A program made the position numbers and the translations under genes. 17,199 bases of DNA from an uncultured Deferribacteres bacterium (lineage in GTDB: Bacteria > Zhuqueibacterota > Zhuqueibacteria > Zhuqueibacterales > Geothermadaptataceae). The stretch covers positions 1 to 17,199 of the forward strand of contig CAXHAT010000169.1 of NCBI GenBank assembly GCA_964014485.1. Direction: 5' to 3'. Under the pieces are notes generated by a model. The model ran no database searches. It was not told where the DNA came from and worked only from the letters and a program-made list of their open reading frames with translations. Below are positions 15,344-17,199 of the stretch, piece by piece (within the stretch, counting starts at the first letter, position 1; each line of letters starts with the position of its first letter).

Positions 15344-17149
15344 TCACGCCTTTTCAGGCGTTTCAAACTCCATGCTTAAACTATAAGTCCCGTCTTCCAC
15401 GCGGCTTTGAACTTTTGGAAAGAATTTATGGAAGACGCGCATCATGCGATGATTATCCGTCATGACCATGGCAGTGAAGCCGCGGACGCCTTTCGCTTGC
15501 GCCGCTTCCGCCAATGCGCGCATCAACGCCGTGCCGACGCCCTTGCCCTGCATATCGTCGCGGACGACAAAGGCGGCCTCCGCCATGTTTGTTTGCCGGT
15601 CGAGGCTATAACGTCCAACCCCAAGAATCGGCGCGTCGGGTTCCTTGCCGCGAACCGCCGCGATGGCAAGATCGGCTTCGTAATCGATTTTGAGAAATTG
15701 CTGAACTTGCTTGTGCGGCATCGATTTCATGAAACGGAAAAAGCGATGATAAACCGCGTCTTCCGAAAGCGAATAAAACATGTCCCGCATCAGCGATTCG
15801 TCCGTGAGCCGCAGCGGACGGATAAAAATTTCTTCTCCGCTTTTCAATTCAACGACGGATTCCAATTCTTCCGGATAAATCGGCGTCTGCACCGGCATTT
15901 CGACCTGATCCGCATAAATCAGTTTCCTCGCTTTCGCCTCAGCTAACAGCCACGGACGAAATTTGGGATGCGAAATTTGGATGAGCGCCATCGCCCGCTC
16001 GCGAATGGATTTTCCATGCAAGTACGCCGTTCCGTACTCAGTCACGATGTAGTGAACGTCGCCGCGGCTGGTAACAACGCCGGCGCCAGGCTTCAATGTC
16101 GGTACGATGCGGGAGATGGTCTCGCCTGCCGCCGTTGAAGGCAGCGCGATGATCGGCTTGCCGCCGCGCGACCGAGCGGCGCCGCGAATAAAATCAACCT
16201 GGCCGCCAATGCCGCTGTAAAAAAGCTTCCCCAAAGAGTCGGCGCATACCTGGCCGGTCAAATCCACTTCCAGCGCGGAATTGATCGCGACCATGCGGTC
16301 ATTTTGTGCAATACGAAACGGGTCGTTAGTATATTCGGTCGGGCGAAATTCGATCATCGGATTGTTGTCGATAAATTCGTAGAGCTTGCGAGAGCCAAGT
16401 ACAAAACTCGCAACAATCTTGCCGCGATGGATTGATTTTTTAGCGTTGGTAATCACGCCTTTCTCAACAAGCGGGATGACGCCGTCGGAAAACATTTCTG
16501 TGTGAACGCCAAGGTCGCGACGGTCGGAGAGAAAATGCAAGACGGCGTCCGGGATTGTGCCAATGCCGAGTTGCAACGTGGAGCCGTCTTCGATCAAATT
16601 TGCAATGTGTCCGGCGATTTTGCGCGCCAATTCATCGGGCTCGCCTTGCGGGGCTTCGAGAATCGGCTCTCTCGACGGCACGAGTGCGGCAATGTCCCGG
16701 ACATGGATAAAACTATCGCCCAAGACGCGGGGAGCGTTTGCATTCACCTCGGCAATCACGGCTTTGGCGCTTTCCGCCGCCGACTTGACAATGTCAGTCG
16801 CAACGCCGTAGCTGCAATAACCGTGTTCGTCGGGCGGGCTGACCTGAATAAGCGCGTAGTCGAGCATGACGCGGCCTTCGCGAAACAGCGCGGGAATTTC
16901 GGAAAGAAAAATGGGCGTGTAATCGGCGCGGCCTTGCGCAACGGCGTCACGAACATTGTGGCCAATAAAAAATGCGTTGTGTCGAAACTTCGCGCCGAAT
17001 TTTGGCTGGGCGTAAGGCGCAATTCCCAGCGTCATGATGTGAATCAATTCCGCGTCCGACAGGTTCTCGTGCTTCGCCAGCGCGCGGACAAGGCTCTGCG
17101 GCTCCCCCGCGCCTGAGCCAATGACAATACGGTCGCCGTGGCGAATGGA
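15344..17149 (-). CDS. Acetyl-CoA hydrolase/CoA-transferase fused to a C-terminal GNAT acetyltransferase; true 5' end missing
   Basis: ADYTPIFLSEIP, TLQLGIGTIP, LGVHTEM, INSALEVDLTGQV, SGIGGQVDF, VTEYG; GNAT AEAAFVV..MQGKGVG. The frame stays open and homologous upstream of the called TTG at 17047 (SIRHGDRIVIGSGAGEPQSLV...) as far as 17149. Confidence 0.88.
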   Translation of the reverse strand, partial: SIRHGDRIVIGSGAGEPQSLVRALAKHENLSDAELIHIMTLGIAPYAQPKFGAKFRHNAFFIGHNVRDAVAQGRADYTPIFLSEIPALFREGRVMLDYALIQVSPPDEHGYCSYGVATDIVKSAAESAKAVIAEVNANAPRVLGDSFIHVRDIAALVPSREPILEAPQGEPDELARKIAGHIANLIEDGSTLQLGIGTIPDAVLHFLSDRRDLGVHTEMFSDGVIPLVEKGVITNAKKSIHRGKIVASFVLGSRKLYEFIDNNPMIEFRPTEYTNDPFRIAQNDRMVAINSALEVDLTGQVCADSLGKLFYSGIGGQVDFIRGAARSRGGKPIIALPSTAAGETISRIVPTLKPGAGVVTSRGDVHYIVTEYGTAYLHGKSIRERAMALIQISHPKFRPWLLAEAKARKLIYADQVEMPVQTPIYPEELESVVELKSGEEIFIRPLRLTDESLMRDMFYSLSEDAVYHRFFRFMKSMPHKQVQQFLKIDYEADLAIAAVRGKEPDAPILGVGRYSLDRQTNMAEAAFVVRDDMQGKGVGTALMRALAEAAQAKGVRGFTAMVMTDNHRMMRVFHKFFPKVQSRVEDGTYSLSMEFETPEKA

Positions 17150-17199
17150 TCACAACATTAGCCGAGGCTCGGCAGCGGGATCCGCGTCTTCCAGACAAC

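Noticed and set aside
8288..17116. Long + strand ORFs opposite the hyp and CoA-transferase genes (e.g. 8288-8929, 10859-11695, 12681-13259, 13415-14071, 16502-17116)
   Set aside because: Antisense shadows of well-supported genes, with no recognisable motifs
17150..17158. ATG-TTG-TGA as a selenocysteine or readthrough start
   Set aside because: The position is not a conserved Cys, the usual N-terminal helix is missing and no SD is evident; a junction is more parsimonious

Overview
This 17.2 kb bacterial window holds two convergent energy-metabolism gene clusters, and most of the larger intergenic gaps contain nested palindromic elements. The + strand carries the 3' part of an Rnf operon (rnfD-rnfG-rnfE-rnfA), a small Cys-rich membrane protein and an atypical ferredoxin:NAD(P)+ reductase. 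The - strand carries an acetyl-CoA hydrolase/transferase-GNAT fusion whose 5' end breaks abruptly, two uncharacterised membrane genes and [NiFe]-hydrogenase maturation genes hypB-hypF-hypC-hypD-hypE. A two-gene cassette (hypothetical + HNH) with its own promoter sits between hypD and hypE, and a cytochrome c/YHS-like lipoprotein with a likely sigma54 promoter follows. The non-coding DNA contains CGTC-type REP doublets, a GTAG REP, two REPIN/BIME-like composites and several MITE families with target-site duplications, nested inside one another. One nested palindrome (~95 codons) is translated in frame inside HypF. All calls come from motif recognition by eye; no database searches were run and the taxonomy is not determined.
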